A stretch of DNA of 63,861 bases, the filler included, from Octopus bimaculoides (Eukaryota): the NCBI RefSeq assembly GCF_001194135.2. It is 9 parts of 8 records of this genome, joined end to end, with 100 filler letters (N's around TTAATTAATTAA, not from the genome) between each part and the next. Parts side by side here need not be neighbours in the genome. Positions count along the whole stretch, not along the records: positions 41,641 to 50,420 come from NC_069007.1; positions 50,521 to 52,577 come from NW_026332176.1; positions 52,678 to 62,550 come from NC_068987.1; positions 62,651 to 63,861 come from NC_068988.1; 5 more parts are not named here. One strand, 5' to 3'. A model generated the notes under the pieces. It was not told the DNA's origin and made no database searches. It saw nothing but the letters and a program-made list of their open reading frames with translations. This document shows, one piece after another, positions 48,800 to 63,113 of this stretch. The position numbers and the translations under genes were made by a program. Positions within the stretch are counted from its first letter, which is position 1, and each line of letters starts with the position of its first letter.

Positions 48800-49420
48800 T
48801 TTTCCAATTTCTTGGATACCACACAGCAACTGCACAGCTGTTGTCTGTGAGCCTTGTAACATGTCCAGCTCAATGGAACTTGTTCTTTTGGTACTCTGCC
48901 ATCACATCATTCATTCTGCTCCATTCTCGAATTATCTCTTTCCGAATGTGCTCCCTTAATGATATCCCTAGCATGGATCTTTCCATGGCCCTTTCTGTCG
49001 TAGACCAGGGGTTTTCAACAGTATTTAACAAATAGGTTTATTGTCAATTAAAAGATTTTGATTAAAAAACATATATAAAATCAAATTGCCCATAAAAAGT
49101 ATATGCTGTCCACGGACCACAGTTTGAAAACCCCTGTCGTAGACAATCGATGTTCTATCCTCTTCATAGTAGTCTATGTCTCACTTGCATATAAGAACAC
49201 TGGAACGATGATGCTATTGAAGAGTCTGGCACTTATGGCATTGTCTAGCTCTGTTTGGAGTACATCCTTTATTGAGTTAAACACCTTCCATCCTGCCCTT
49301 ATTATCTTTCAGATTTCAACATCCGTATCTCAATGCATATCCACTGCATGGCCTAAATAGACATAACCCTTTTTACTCCTCCATTTCATCACTTCCCACC
49401 TCTATCAGCCTTCTGACCAC
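48800..49420 (-). mobile_element. RTE-like LINE C-terminal fragment, split by a hAT MITE
   Basis: Minus strand LFNSIIVPVFLYASET...IEHRL|TTERAMERSMLGISLREHIRKEIIREWS...NKFH*AGHV...WYP; contiguous once 49006-49144 is removed. Confidence 0.8.
49006..49136. mobile_element. hAT-superfamily MITE (131 bp)
   Basis: Perfect 13-bp TIR CAGGGGTTTTCAA/TTGAAAACCCCTG and perfect 8-bp TSD TCGTAGAC (48998-49005 and 49137-49144). Confidence 0.95.
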
Positions 49421-50161
49421 ATATATTTTGTTTTCATGCAGGTCCTTTTAAGACCCACTGCTAAGCTGAGTATCCGCCCATATTAAAATATATTGAAATT
49501 TATTATAATATATTATAATATCATGTATTTCGATTTCATAACTCAGATGTTTTTTTTATCTTCTCTTATTTATTTTTTATAATCTTTCATTTAACATAAA
49601 ACATCTAATTAATAATTTCTTTTAATTATCAAATTATTCAGAGTCTTTGTATGATTATTCACTTTCTTCAAATAATTAAAACTTTAAATAACTGAAATGA
49701 GTTGTTGATTAGTTCCTTATTTTGAGGACAATTATTTTATTTTTCTGTTTTTTTTCTGGGAGCTCCTAGGACCAGTTGCCCCATTCCCATGGTTTACAAG
49801 TGATTGAGAATACAACATTCTTCCTGAACAGGGTCCCAGTTCATTGTGGGATTTAAGGCCACTAATTTTGAGGGGAGGGGTAAATCGATTACCTCAGTTC
49901 AAGTATTTGACTGGTAATATATTTTATGGCCCCAAAGGAACAAAAGCAAAAGCCAACCTTAGTGCCATTTGAACTCAGAACATAAACAGCCAGAAGAAAT
50001 ACCACTAAGCATTTTTTTCTGACATGCTAGTGACTTTACCAGCTTGCTACCCTGGGGCCTAATTCATGTAATATGATCAAACAGACTATTTGATGCTATA
50101 CATCGCTGATCACAGTGCACTTTTACATCATTTCAGCATTCAAATGTTGCCACCCAATAGG

Positions 50162-50279
50162 TGCAGGCATGGCTGTGTGGTAAGGAACTTGCTTCTTAAC
50201 CACATGGTTCCAGGTTCAATCCTATTGCATGACACTTTGGGAAAGTGGATTTGGCAGACAGAAACTGAAAGAAGCCCCT

Positions 50280-50344
<65 letters not shown>

Positions 50345-50420
50345 ATGTATTTTTGTGTAAGTATCCCCATCACTGCTTGACAACCAGTGTTGGTGTGTTT
50401 ACGTCCCATAACTTGTCAGT
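50162..50420 (+). mobile_element. tRNA-derived SINE, family A
   Basis: GTGCAGGCATGGCTGTGTGGTAAGG...CCACATGGTTCCAGGTTCAATCC...GGAAACTGAAAGAAGCCC-like body. Confidence 0.8.
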
Positions 50421-53033
50421 NNNNNNNNNNNNNNNNNNNNNNNNNNNNNNNNNNNNNNNNNNNNTTAATTAATTAANNNNNNNNNNNNNNNNNNNNNNNN
50501 NNNNNNNNNNNNNNNNNNNNATTATTACACACATAGGTACGCACAGCGTAATTTATTATATAAACAATATATGCGTATAAATTACGATTAAACCGGATGA
50601 AATATATCACAGGGAATAACATTTTTATGACCGCCCAGCAGTAACTCTATTCAGCTGAATAGACGTCAGTGATTGGTTGAAATTACAGAAATACGACAAC
50701 TTTAACATGGAATAACTTGCGATGTACGTTTTTTTGTTAAGAAGACTAAGAGTAAAAGATGTTTTATATGACACATTCTACCAGTGTCCCAAGTTTCAAA
50801 GTGTTTCGTTAGTGTTTCGTTAAGAAAATACTGGTGCCCCCGTTTTGAAATAGATCCCATCATAGGCATTACACTGTCCTATTAGATTTCCAAGCGTGAC
50901 CAACTCGGACTATGGATTGTATCCAACATTGAAATATCAAACAATTATTATTAATTAGAAGGATGCAGAAGATATGTGTGCATTTTAATAATAGAAAATG
51001 GCAAACGGAAGAAAAGAAAAACAAGGATATTTTCATGTGTGATATCTAAGACAAGGGCACGCTGCTTCCGTAAAGTAGGGAATTGATGTGTGTGTGTTAT
51101 TTCTTTACTGCCCACAAGGGGCTACACACAGAGAGGACAAACAAGGACAGACAAACGGATTAAGTCGATTATACCGACCCCAGTGCGTAACTGGTACTTA
51201 TTTAATCGACCCCGAAAGGATGAAAGNNNNNNNNNNNNNNNNNNNNNNNNNNNNNNNNNNNNNNNNNNNNNNNNNNNNNNNNNNNNNNNNNNNNNNNNNN
51301 NNNNNNNNNNNNNNNNNNNNNNNNNNNNNNNNNNNNNNNNNNNNNNNNNNNNNNNNNNNNNNNNNNNNNNNNNNNNNNNNNNNNNNNNNNNNNNNNNNNN
51401 NNNNNNNNNNNNNNNNNNNNNNNNNNNNNNNNNNNNNNNNNNNNNNNNNNNNNNNNNNNNNNNNNNNNNNNNNNNNNNNNNNNNNNNNNNNNNNNNNNNN
51501 NNNNNNNNNNNNNNNNNNNNNNNNNNNNNNNNNNNNNNNNNNNNNNNNNNNNNNNNNNNNNNNNNNNNNNNNNNNNNNNNNNNNNNNNNNNNNNNNNCCA
51601 TAACTAATGGTTTACACACATACATACATACGCAAGCACGTACACACACAGGTACGTACGTACATACATACATTCATACATACATTCATACATACTTACA
51701 AACATACATGCATGCATGAATGCGCACATGCATACATACATACGTACACACACATATATAGCTACATACATGCACACTGGCACACACACACATATATACA
51801 TATATACATACACACGTACATACAAACATACATACATGCGTACATACATACATACATACAACATACATACATACATACATACATACATACATACATACAT
51901 ACATACATACATACATTGCGGAATTCTATATAGAAAGGTATTGTTGTCAAATAGTGTTTTCTATCAAGTTTTCTTTCGTGTGCCATTCTATAATGTTCTG
52001 TATTGACACTTCCAAGATAGTACTCAACGCATAAGGTAGAGTCAAGTGAAAATGAAAAATTTAACGTGACATATTCGTCTCCAACTCTTTGAGTTTTACG
52101 CTCTGCGATCTTTCCGCTGACTATGATGTATGCGTTTGTGAGTGTCCATGTATGTGTATGTGTATTCATGTTTGTGTTTGTGTGTGTATGTGTGTGTGCG
52201 CGCGCGCATATGTGTGTATTTATATACGCGTGTGAGCTATGTAGTCCGTAGACCGACTGATACACAAAAATGAGATTGACACAGATGCACGTAGTTTCGT
52301 GAGTGAAAGAGGAGAAGAGAGAGAGATAGAGAGTTTGTTTTGATCTTCTCTTTGTTTTAACCATCAAGGCTAAGGCCATCCTGGAGCACCGCTTAGCTGA
52401 CCGAAACTTCGAAGTCACTGGCAATAATATTCTTGTTTAAGAACAATAAATTTGTACTCTACAAAACTATAGTTACCTATCAGATTAATGTAAAAACATT
52501 TTCATTGTAACTGACCATAAAACAAACATACATATATATGTATGTATGTGCGTGTGTGTGCCGGTATACACACACACNNNNNNNNNNNNNNNNNNNNNNN
52601 NNNNNNNNNNNNNNNNNNNNNTTAATTAATTAANNNNNNNNNNNNNNNNNNNNNNNNNNNNNNNNNNNNNNNNNNNNATATATATATATATAATACAAAA
52701 AATATGTGAGTATATGTTTATATACGTACATGTATGTACATACCTACATTTACATGTATATTTAGATGCATATCTGGGCACAGGACGTTGCAAAAAAACG
52801 TGGACAAAATAATAAACAGTGTACAGAAAACACACAGGCCACATAGAAGACGTTTCCTTCATCAGCTGCCACGTATATATACATATATATAAGCATATAT
52901 ATTTTTGTATAAGTAATTCTATAGATATAAGATATGGGTGTATATTTACACACACACATACACATGCACACACATATACACACACATACACACACATATA
53001 TATATGTATGTATGTATACATACATACACACCA

Positions 53034-53073
<40 letters not shown>

Positions 53074-53282
53074 ATATGTTCATAGATAAATGTATAGACA
53101 AACAAATATTATTGAGCACTTTGCTGATAACTTATCGCGTTTTGATTGTCTTAAATGTGCGATATTCTTCACCTGTATATCTTACACAATTATGTATATC
53201 TGGATGCATACATGAATACTTACATACACACCCATGATCATACATACATACATACATACATAGTACATACATGCATACCTAC

Positions 53283-53326
<44 letters not shown>

Positions 53327-54859
53327 GAGAATATACAAAAAATAACAACAGACGAGGACAGGTGGTGTAAATAACAAAAGTATATATTAGTATGACGCTC
53401 GGGAATATATATANNNNNNNNNNNNNNNNNNNNNNNNNNNNNNNNNNNNNNNNNNNNNNNNNNNNNNNNNNNNNNNNNNNNNNNNNNNNNNNNNNNNNNN
53501 NNNNNNNNNNNNNNNNNNNNNNNNNNNNNNNNNNNNNNNNNNNNNNNNNNNNNNNNNNNNNNNNNNNNNNNNNNNNNNNNNNNNNNNNNNNNNNNNNNNN
53601 NNNNNNNNNNNNNNNNNNNNNNNNNNNNNNNNNNNNNNNNNNNNNNNNNNNNNNNNNNNNNNNNNNNNNNNNNNNNNNNNNNNNNNNNNNNNNNNNNNNN
53701 NNNNNNNNNNNNNNNNNNNNNNNNNNNNNNNNNNNNNNNNNNNNNNNNNNNNNNNNNNNNNNNNNNNNNNNNNNNNNNNNNCCTTTGAAACATATGTAGG
53801 AATAAAGTATGCAATTATAACATGCGTTTTCTCCAATCCTTAAATTCGTAAATATACTCAAATACCCCAAATTTCAAGGAGTTCCTGCCTTAAAAACAGG
53901 AACTAAACCACAGTTATTTTGTGTTATTTGCTACATTGGTTTCTATTAACCCATTTATTCTATCAGAAGAATGTTTATTCATTAAGATAGAAGAAATACA
54001 CATAATTATATATATATATATATATATATACATGCATGTATGCATAAGGTGCATATATTCAAATAAGAGGACTGATTTCTCTTTCGATATTTCAAATGGG
54101 TACGGAAAAAGCTGAAAATTTGAAAGTGGTAATTTTGACCAGGCTTTCATATTTGTTCTTCTTCTTCGAGTTTCCGCCTGTTCTACTTTTTTTTTTTCAT
54201 GTCAGTACTATTGTTGTTTTTCTTGTCATATTAACCCTTATTGTCATCATTATTACATTGTTTTTAAGTTTCTATATTGTCATTTAACATGCCAGAAGTT
54301 GCAGCTGAAACAAATTCTTGATGCACTGTTTTCCTGTGAGTAGAGCATGTGCCTAAATGAGAATGCAGTACAACTTATATTCTCGCTCAAGCATCTTAGT
54401 ACGATCTTCATCTGTCATACCAAGAAGGTTTCTAACTAAACCTTGCAAAATGTTCGATAACATAATCTATATTATACATAATACATACATGCATACGCAC
54501 TATAAAAATCTGTAAACCTTTCTAGAAACTTATAATTTAAGTATACATGAGCATGTCTAGACATACAACTGTATACATAATACGAAAGATACAAATTTGT
54601 ACATATACATATTACATGCATACATGCATACATACATACAGTTGGGTCAGGATAACTGTTGTTATATGGCAGTGAAAAGGTGATAAATTATTAACCAGAC
54701 TGGCAACATCTCCGTCAGTGATTTGACTGTTCCCCTGTATCTGGCAAGGAATGTTTCAGGTATCTAACTGTGGATGAAAGAGTCTTACAATGGCACTTGT
54801 TACTAAACACCTGTCACTAAAGGATATTACATCCGAATAAAAAAAAATTGTACCTCAAA

Positions 54860-55110
54860 AAAACAGTGGTCCAAAATGAGTTTGCAGTGCCATACCAAAT
54901 TTTGGGCTGCTTCATTGGACATTTGATGAGATCCGAGCCATTTATGAGAAAGCCCGGAAAATACTAACAAGCACACATAATTTTCACATAAACTGTTACG
55001 TAGATCACCACTACCTAAAACGATATCAAGGCGGCCGAGGTTTAACATCCATCCAAAAAGCCCTTGAATGTCGTATTATATCCATTCGGCAACATCTTTT
55101 ATACAAAGAT
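54860..55110 (+). mobile_element. R4/Dong-like LINE RT C-terminal fragment
   Basis: FAVP...FGLLHWTFDEIRAIYEKARKILTSTHNFHINCYVDHHYLKRYQGGRGL matches the DRKTRK.LT...H....RLY.PR..GGRGL block. Confidence 0.75.
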
Positions 55111-55284
55111 CAGAATTTAATTGCAGCTCTTGGTGGTCCAAATTGGATATGCAATCTATGTGGGGTGGTTTGCAATACATTTCCTGGTTTAAACAACCAC
55201 ACCAGACGCCATGTTGAATTTAAGGTGTAGGTACAAGATGGTCAGACTCTGTATAAGGAGTAGACAACCACCATATATATATAT

Positions 55285-55540
55285 CACGCAAGCTTCTTCT
55301 TGGCACTTAATCTGGTATACAGTGCTCTTTGTTTTGCAGTTCACATATGAGTTTGTAGAACATACTTCACAATTATTCTGACACGTGATTCTATCAAATG
55401 GATATGATGAACTTAATACAGATTTGATAGTCCTACCTGTCTTTTCTACAACTTTGATCTTACGGCCAGTTTTGTCCAGGATTTTCTTAAATGCCTTACT
55501 TAATTCGTTCTTAGGTGTAGCGTCAAGAACCATTACACTG
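55285..55540 (-). mobile_element. Penelope-like element fragment (RT-endonuclease linker and start of GIY-YIG)
   Basis: VLDATPKNELSKAFKKIL...IKVVEKTGRTIKSVLSSSYPF...CQNNCEVC...NCKTKSTVYQIKC; truncated before YIG by a microsatellite. Confidence 0.75.
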
Positions 55541-57012
55541 TGAAACTTCTTATCATACCAAGTATTGTATTTATTTTGTTGGTGTCCCTCTCCAACCTAT
55601 CCACACTTACCTAAATACTCACGTACATACATAAGTACATACGTACATACATACATATATACATACATGCGCATAGGCATACATACACATGTGCACATAT
55701 GCATACGCACATACATGTACACATACATGCATATATGCATACATGCACGCATACACACATACATACGTACATATATATCATGAACTAACTGTTACTTTCT
55801 CGGATGCAGTACGGAATTTTGTCAGTGAACAGGTCGCTGTTTCAAAGCGATGAAAATATTTTGACAAATTAAATTTAAATGTTGTAATGAATCTAACGGT
55901 TTTTGTGTGTTTTAAATGGCTTGTAAACACTTTCCGCGCTGCAATTATTGTATATATATAAATAATTCTTTTTACAAGATTCTTTTTAAAAAAGAGTACC
56001 AGATATGGAAATACTTATTTTATTTTATTTTAGTATTTTTTAATTATGAAATATTCAATAAATATTTACATGCCCAGATTCGTTTAGCAATTATATCCGC
56101 ATGAACTCCATTATACATTTAGTATACCTCTAATTAAATTACCCCTTACATTCGATTCCATATTTTCGATATCTTATACTTATCAACTCGTAATGAGGAC
56201 AATAATCATTGTCTTGCTTTAATATATACTATCAGATGATAATTTAATTCAATTATACATTCATTGTTGTATGGTTTTTATCATGACCACCTTAAGAATA
56301 TGCTTAGGAAAGGCCTTATGAGCTTTCTCTTATATATTAAAGTATCCCATTGTTAGATTTTAAGTTTAATTTCTATCCTGTTCCTACATATTGATTTAAA
56401 TTTTTTTCTAAATTTAATATAATAAATTTGCTAAGTTATGAATTACTACATCCCCTTAACCTTCAATTCTAATTCCCAGCCTTAGTGCTTATATTACTTA
56501 TATCTTTTGTTTTTCATCAAATTCCCCCTTTAATTGATAATCTAAATAAGTATTGGCCACTCCTACCCTTCCTTCTAGTTATAACCTCTTCCCCCATCAA
56601 TCATTCTCTTACTAGTAGCTCTGAGACACATAATTTTAAATAGATAAAGCTAGATATAGGGTTCCAGTAAAATAAGGGTCTGTGAGATTGTCTGACATTA
56701 ATTGATTTATCACCATCAGCTAAAGCACAGTTGACAAATCCCAACTGATTTAATTCTAAATGGTTGTAGACCACATGCTGCATAAAATCTTCTAAATATA
56801 AACAACTATCTTACCACTCTTGGCCCCAACAAATTTCCTCTGCTACTCTCTAAATTATAGCACGCTTAATAAGATATGCATTATTTTCTAAATTCATTCT
56901 GCCACAAATATAACATAAGGAAACAATGTAATTATTTTGGTTTCTAGTATTGATATAAATTTGTTAAAAATGGTTTATCCGTTATGTTGGAAATCTACAT
57001 GATCATCTACGT

Positions 57013-57089
57013 CTGAGGAGAGCAGTTTCTTTCAAATTGATGTAATGTTTTCATTGATCGATTAGATGGAGCCGCTCGAAACGGCCGTA
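57013..57089 (+). ncRNA. Hammerhead-ribozyme-like core, stem I not supported
   Basis: CTGAGGA (57013-19), stem II GAGC/GCTC, GAAA (57078-81), palindromic stem III CGGCCG, triplet GUA; flanks pair poorly. Confidence 0.45.
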
Positions 57090-57463
57090 AAATATTGATA
57101 CCTGGACATCCTTGTTACTTGTTTACATTCTGTGCACCTAACTTGGAGCTATGCAGACTATACCGAACTGGCTTGATGCCTCAATTTAAGTACCTAATTC
57201 AACTGAATCTTAATTATATATATAAATGTGTGTGTGCGTGTATGTGTATGTATTTAAGTATGAATATATGTATGGGTTCTGGAGCCTTCACTGCGTTGGA
57301 TCTGGAACATAAAGTGGACCATGGATACTGAACACCGAAGTATGTTTATGAGATTTTACATTTAGATATATAGTTATATTGATGAGTATATTGATCTGTT
57401 CATGTGCATGTGTATGTTAGTGGTAAGACATGTCCGTATACGCATTAATATTTGCGTGAGTAT

Positions 57464-57509
<46 letters not shown>

Positions 57510-58288
57510 TGGTAATACACGGATATACTGTTCACAATCTCAACTTGGTGTCTTATTATTAAAACAGCTCTACTCAAATGGATCCTGCAAATAAGTCATA
57601 TATATTTGTATATACTAAAAAATATAAAAAAGCGATGCGGCATAAGATAAATATATATATTACACCATTGGATTCCATATAAAGACGATTGTTTTGCAGC
57701 CTTTATCACATAAAATCACTCGTTTGTTTTGTTTTGATTTACTATGTAGCTTGTAACCTGATCGATTAAAGGAGCTTCTATCTGAGTACCTCCGGTTTAG
57801 TTAAATCCATATATTGTGCATTAAATTTGTATGTATATATAATAAATATACAGAGAGAGAGAGAGAGAGAAAATGTAGAGACAAAATAACTACTGGAAAA
57901 GAAGAGAAGTAAACCACCAGTATTATAAACTTCACAGTCAAGGAAATGAAAAACTGCTATGGATATAACGTTTCGAGGAAAAGAGGGGAGGGAAAAGCAG
58001 AAACGCCAACTGCAATGGGAAGATAGCTTTGGAATTAAAAAGTGCAAAATTCGTCTTAAGAAGTTTGAAGGAGCTGGTTTCCTTGTTAGGCGCAGACAGA
58101 CCAGAAGTAAAGAGTAGAGTAATGGAGTATTTTGAAGAAGAAACTAGAATAAACGAAACTATATTTGTGTGATAGAGTATTACAGCATGTTTGTGTTTCT
58201 CTGTGAATAGTTACTATATACGTACTTCTTCGTAGGTATATCTGATATTTGCGTTGTGTTCCATGGGTTTCATATGTAGGCAATCTGT

Positions 58289-58330
<42 letters not shown>

Positions 58331-59601
58331 GTGTGTTTATGTGCTTATGTGTGTGTGAGTGAGAGAGAAAGAAAGACAGAGAGCGAGAAAGAAAGAGTGG
58401 GTGATAGAGACAGAGAGAGACAGCGTACGCAGAATTTTATCTTGCCATATTGTAACGAGAGTGCGTCTCTGAATTCATGTATATGTGGAATACTGGAAGT
58501 AGGAGAGTGGTTGAGAGAAGATTTGTCTGTGTAGGTGTTAGTGGGGTACGTGTGTGAGAAATGTGACAAAATAATTATTTAATATGTGTACCTGTGAATG
58601 TGTGTCATGAAGGTGCACAAATCAAAATGTCAAAGTTACTGTGTATTTTTACCTGGTAAATTTGATAAATATATACTCAGCTAAATCTCTTGAGTGATCT
58701 TCCAGTTTAATGCCAAAGTGTTTTTATATGTAACCTGACAGAGAAACAAATATCAATACACGAATATATTTACACAGTAACATACACACTACCACGCGCA
58801 TGCACACGCGCGTGCGCAACCACACACAGACACACAGACAGGCAGACACACATACGCACATCTATAGGCTCATGCATCTATATATATATATCTATTTATG
58901 TGTAATGTTTCAAAAGTAATAGGATGCGACAAATACATATCTATTTCTCTCATACGAGAGCAGGTGAAACCTGTAGGAGTAGAATATGTGTGTGTGGGTG
59001 TGTGTGTGTGCGTGTTTGCCATTTTCAATTAGTTTTTAAACCATTATTATTTACCCTCTTATAATTGATATAATATTCTTTACATAGATCGTAGTTTCCG
59101 TTATTTTTATCAATAAAGATATCTTACATTTGCAATGACACACCCATATCTATTCGTAATTTTGTGTTTCTGCGTGAGTGTGTCCGCGCGCGCGTTTACT
59201 TGTATCTACATGCGTGTCTTTGTGAGATATATGTGAGAATGTATCTCTACATTTCTTCGAGCGGAAGATTGTACAACTACCATTGTATTTTTATTTTCCT
59301 GCCTGTATGAAGGAGTGGGCGTCACTGCGAATGTGTATGCATTTGTTTTTGTGTGAGTGTGTATGTTAAATATACTCCCGTGTTATCTCTGCGGTTATTA
59401 CTTGCTGTTCACAAAACAGTTCATGTTACATGAAATTCAAACTCGTGGTCACAGTGGCGTCTCCCTTCATTCCTACGTTATTAATACACGGTCAAATTTA
59501 GATCCAAAATTTTCGGAGTCGCTCAATTTTAACAATATATTTGAATCGTGGCCATTTTTTGAAATGTAAATATTTATGTCTTTGTAAATTGCTAGCAATT
59601 T

Positions 59602-59639
<38 letters not shown>

Positions 59640-61229
59640 CATACACGTTACGTTTTTACATTATTTTGAGATAATATTGTATTGAATGAATGACAAAACT
59701 GCTTGTATTTTTTAAGTAAAACAATATTCGTCATTATTATAGCTAATTTGAAGGAGAAAAGAGCACAAAAAGCAAATAAGATGTTCTTAAACCATGTATA
59801 TATAGATTACTAGTTCTAAGTCGGTTTTCATGTGAGTGTATGTGCAAACCATTATTAAATATGAATGACTTTCGTCCTACAACTATTGCCTATGATCAGT
59901 ATATATTCTATTGCAATATAATCAGTGAAGTAGATAGTATAGTGGGGTACTTTACCAACGATTATCTTGCATATGTATGACGAACTAAGATGATGCTTAA
60001 TAGTAAACATAGTTATTATGAAAAAAATATGAGAGTAAATGTATATATGGAGTTTATATAGTTATTATCATCTACTACATAACTGATCAACTATAGAGGC
60101 GCGTGGCGAAACGGTTTTTCTCGTTTACACTCTTTATCGATTGATTGGTTTCGATTGCTGAACCGGTCACTGCGTTATGTTCTTGAGCAAAAGACGTCGT
60201 TTTTGCCTTGCTCTCGTCCTCTCCGCTGGCAAATATCAGTAAATCTGCAACGGACCGGCTTCCCATACAAGAATGGGAGAATTTATGCGAAACAGAATAC
60301 AGGAAACCTCCCAAGAAGGAAATCAAATAAATCAATAATATGCATCCACGATGCGTACCCGACACATAATGTTCTGACAAAGATAATTTGTAAAGCTAAG
60401 GGTATTCTTGGAAAACCAGACCTAATCTAAGATTCGCCTACTTTTAAAATCATCCAGCGTAACCAAACATTGATATAATTAAACTAATTAATATTTAATT
60501 TCTGAATGAAATGCATATGATCGCTTTCGTAAACTTGAATATAGACAAGTACAGCTTACGTCGTTCACTGTTGACAATGCCTCTGCACATATACTGTATA
60601 TACGCACATACTGTATATGCACATATACTGTATATTCATATACCCTGTATGCACCTCCGGTCAAATTTTTTAAAAATATTGACGGTTATCTATGCATGCA
60701 ATCCTTCCATCTCCAAGCCACCGATGTTTAACTATCTTCGGCAAAATCAGCATAGCTCCGAAGTCTCTGCCTTTGATGTCAGAACGTAATAAGCCGGAGT
60801 AGACAACGCTGGGCATTTCGAACGAAGAAGGAAGGTAAAAAGAAGTGAAAAGCTGAACGACATGATCGGTATCATTCATCTAAGTAGCTGCGTAAGTATC
60901 TAACACATGAACTAAAATAGTAATGTAGAATAAAAACGCTAACCAAAAGTGATTTATAACGTTTGCTTAATGCAAGAAACCTTCTATTAAGAAGGTTACC
61001 ATTTAAATATAAAAATATATAGACGCATATTTTTTAATACATATAAGAAAACGTATATGCTCATATGAATACTGATTCAGTTACCTTACACCCAGTACTT
61101 CACAGGTACTTATTTTATCGACATAGATAGTATGGATATATTTTATCGACATGGATAGTATGAAAGTCAAAGTGAACTCGGCGGAATTTGAACGTGAACA
61201 GCCACAAGAAATGCTGCGAAGTAACTTCT

Positions 61230-61745
61230 GCGATGCGAGAGAGGCCGGGACGTAAAGAAAAAGAAATGAAAAGACAGAGGGCAAGATTGGTATGAGATTA
61301 TGTGGAAGGGGAGGGGAGCAGCTAAGGGGTAAAGAATGAGGTTCAGGTATTCTGAAATGAGTCGAGCGGGGCATTTAGAGGCAGAAACGATGGCGCGGTC
61401 AGGTTTGTTGGGTTTATGGATTTGGGGGAGGAAATAGGCGGTTGCATTTTCGGAGAATTTAGGCAATGAGGTTGGTAATAGTGCAGGGAAGGCAGGGGAC
61501 GAGATGATGTTCCTGAGATTAGAAGAAACCCGCTGCTGGTAGAAGATGGTTTACATCGGAAGACAGGACGTGCCAGAACACAGGGTTACGAAACTGTTGG
61601 GACGCTTCCTACTATTCAGCGCTCCGCACCACTACAGCTCCTTCAGCCGGTTTGATGACGATGTCATCTCGGTAACGGAGATGGCAAGGGTTGAGGATTC
61701 AGCACGGCTGATGTTTAGACGGCGAGATTTTTCTCGATGTCGGTA
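61230..61745 (-). mobile_element. Penelope-like element (Neptune/Poseidon-type) RT N-terminal fragment
   Basis: Minus strand RLNISRAESSTL..RDDIVIKPAEG.AVVV and AYFLPQIHKPNKPDRAIVSASKCPARLISEYLNLILYPL (cf. LPKIHKP..PGRPIVS). Confidence 0.8.
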
Positions 61746-61774
61746 CGATTAACCGCGTATTTATTCAATTTGCG

Positions 61775-61920
61775 TGGTAAGAAGTTTGCTTCCCAGCCAT
61801 ATGGCTTCCAGTTCAATTCCACTCTGTGGAACCTTGGGGAAGTGTCTTCGACTATACCCTCGGGCCGACTTAATCCTTTGAGTGCATTTGGTTGACGGAA
61901 ACCGAAAGAAGTACGTCGTA
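61775..61920 (+). mobile_element. tRNA-derived SINE, family A
   Basis: GTGGTAAGAAGTTTGCTTCCCAGCC...CCTTGGGGAAGTGTCTTCGACTATACCCTCGGGCCGAC...GACGGAAACCGAAAG. Confidence 0.8.
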
Positions 61921-62102
61921 TGTATACATACATACATATTATATACACACATATGTATGCATGTATGTATGTATGTATGTATGTATGTATGTATNNNNNN
62001 NNNNTGTATGTATGTATGTATGTATGTATGTATGTATGCATGTATGCGTGTTTGTATGTATGCGTGTCTTTGCATCTGTGTTTTTTCTCTGGTAGCAGCA
62101 GC

Positions 62103-62165
<63 letters not shown>

Positions 62166-62494
62166 TGTTGTTGTTGTTGTGGTTGCTGTGGTTGTTGTTG
62201 CTGCTGCTGTTAACTTTGAAAATAAGACATATGCTCAAATACATGCCATTCATTACTCGTGCTTCATTTTTCAGGCTTAAGATGTCTAATATTTACCTTA
62301 TGCAATGCATCGTTCCAGTGTAAAGATAGCATTCTGTCAGATGAGAGGGATTTGGCTTTTACTTGTAGTAGATTCAGTGAAGATTTTATGGTGTTCCTGA
62401 GTCAAAGTTGTTCTTTAATTCCTATGTTAAGAGATATAATTTATGGTACGACTATTCCCATTAATACACAACTCTACACACACAAACACACATA

Positions 62495-62550
<56 letters not shown>

Positions 62551-62650
62551 NNNNNNNNNNNNNNNNNNNNNNNNNNNNNNNNNNNNNNNNNNNNTTAATT
62601 AATTAANNNNNNNNNNNNNNNNNNNNNNNNNNNNNNNNNNNNNNNNNNNN

Positions 62651-63113
62651 GATGTATCAATACCAGCAGAGGACAACGTTTCCCTAAAAGAAATGGAAAA
62701 ACTTTCAAAATACAAAGACCTGGAAATAGAGGTAACTCGAATGTGGAATCTAAAAACAGAAACGATTCCTATCATAGTAGGTGCCTTAGGTATAATAAAG
62801 AAATATTCATACAAATACATAACAAAGACATCAGGACTTACAAATATATATAACATACAGAAAATTGCACTACTGGGCACTGCACACATCCTACGCAAAA
62901 CGTTTTCAATACAGTAACCATAAGAGCATCACAGCAAACCACAGCACATACGCAAGGCACACAGAGCTGCGCTCGGTAGTGNNNNNNNNNNGTAACCATA
63001 AGAGCATCACAGCAAACCACAGCACATACGCAAGGCACACAGAGCTGCGCTCGGTAGTGAAGTGAAAGCACGTTATAAAAATAAAACTACTGAACAATAA
63101 TAATAATAATAAT
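62651..63113 (+). mobile_element. R4/Dong-like LINE 3' end (endonuclease C-terminus, 3' UTR, (TAA)n tail)
   Basis: DVSIPAEDNVSLKEMEKLSKYKDLEIEVTRMWNLKTETIPIIVGALGIIKK...QKIALLGTAHILRKTFSIQ* (stop 62915-17), open frame; tail AATAATAAT at about 63096-63113. Confidence 0.92.

Noticed and set aside
62914-63059. 68-bp direct repeat in the R4/Dong 3' UTR
   Set aside because: Identical copies separated by a 10-N gap; most likely an assembly overlap.
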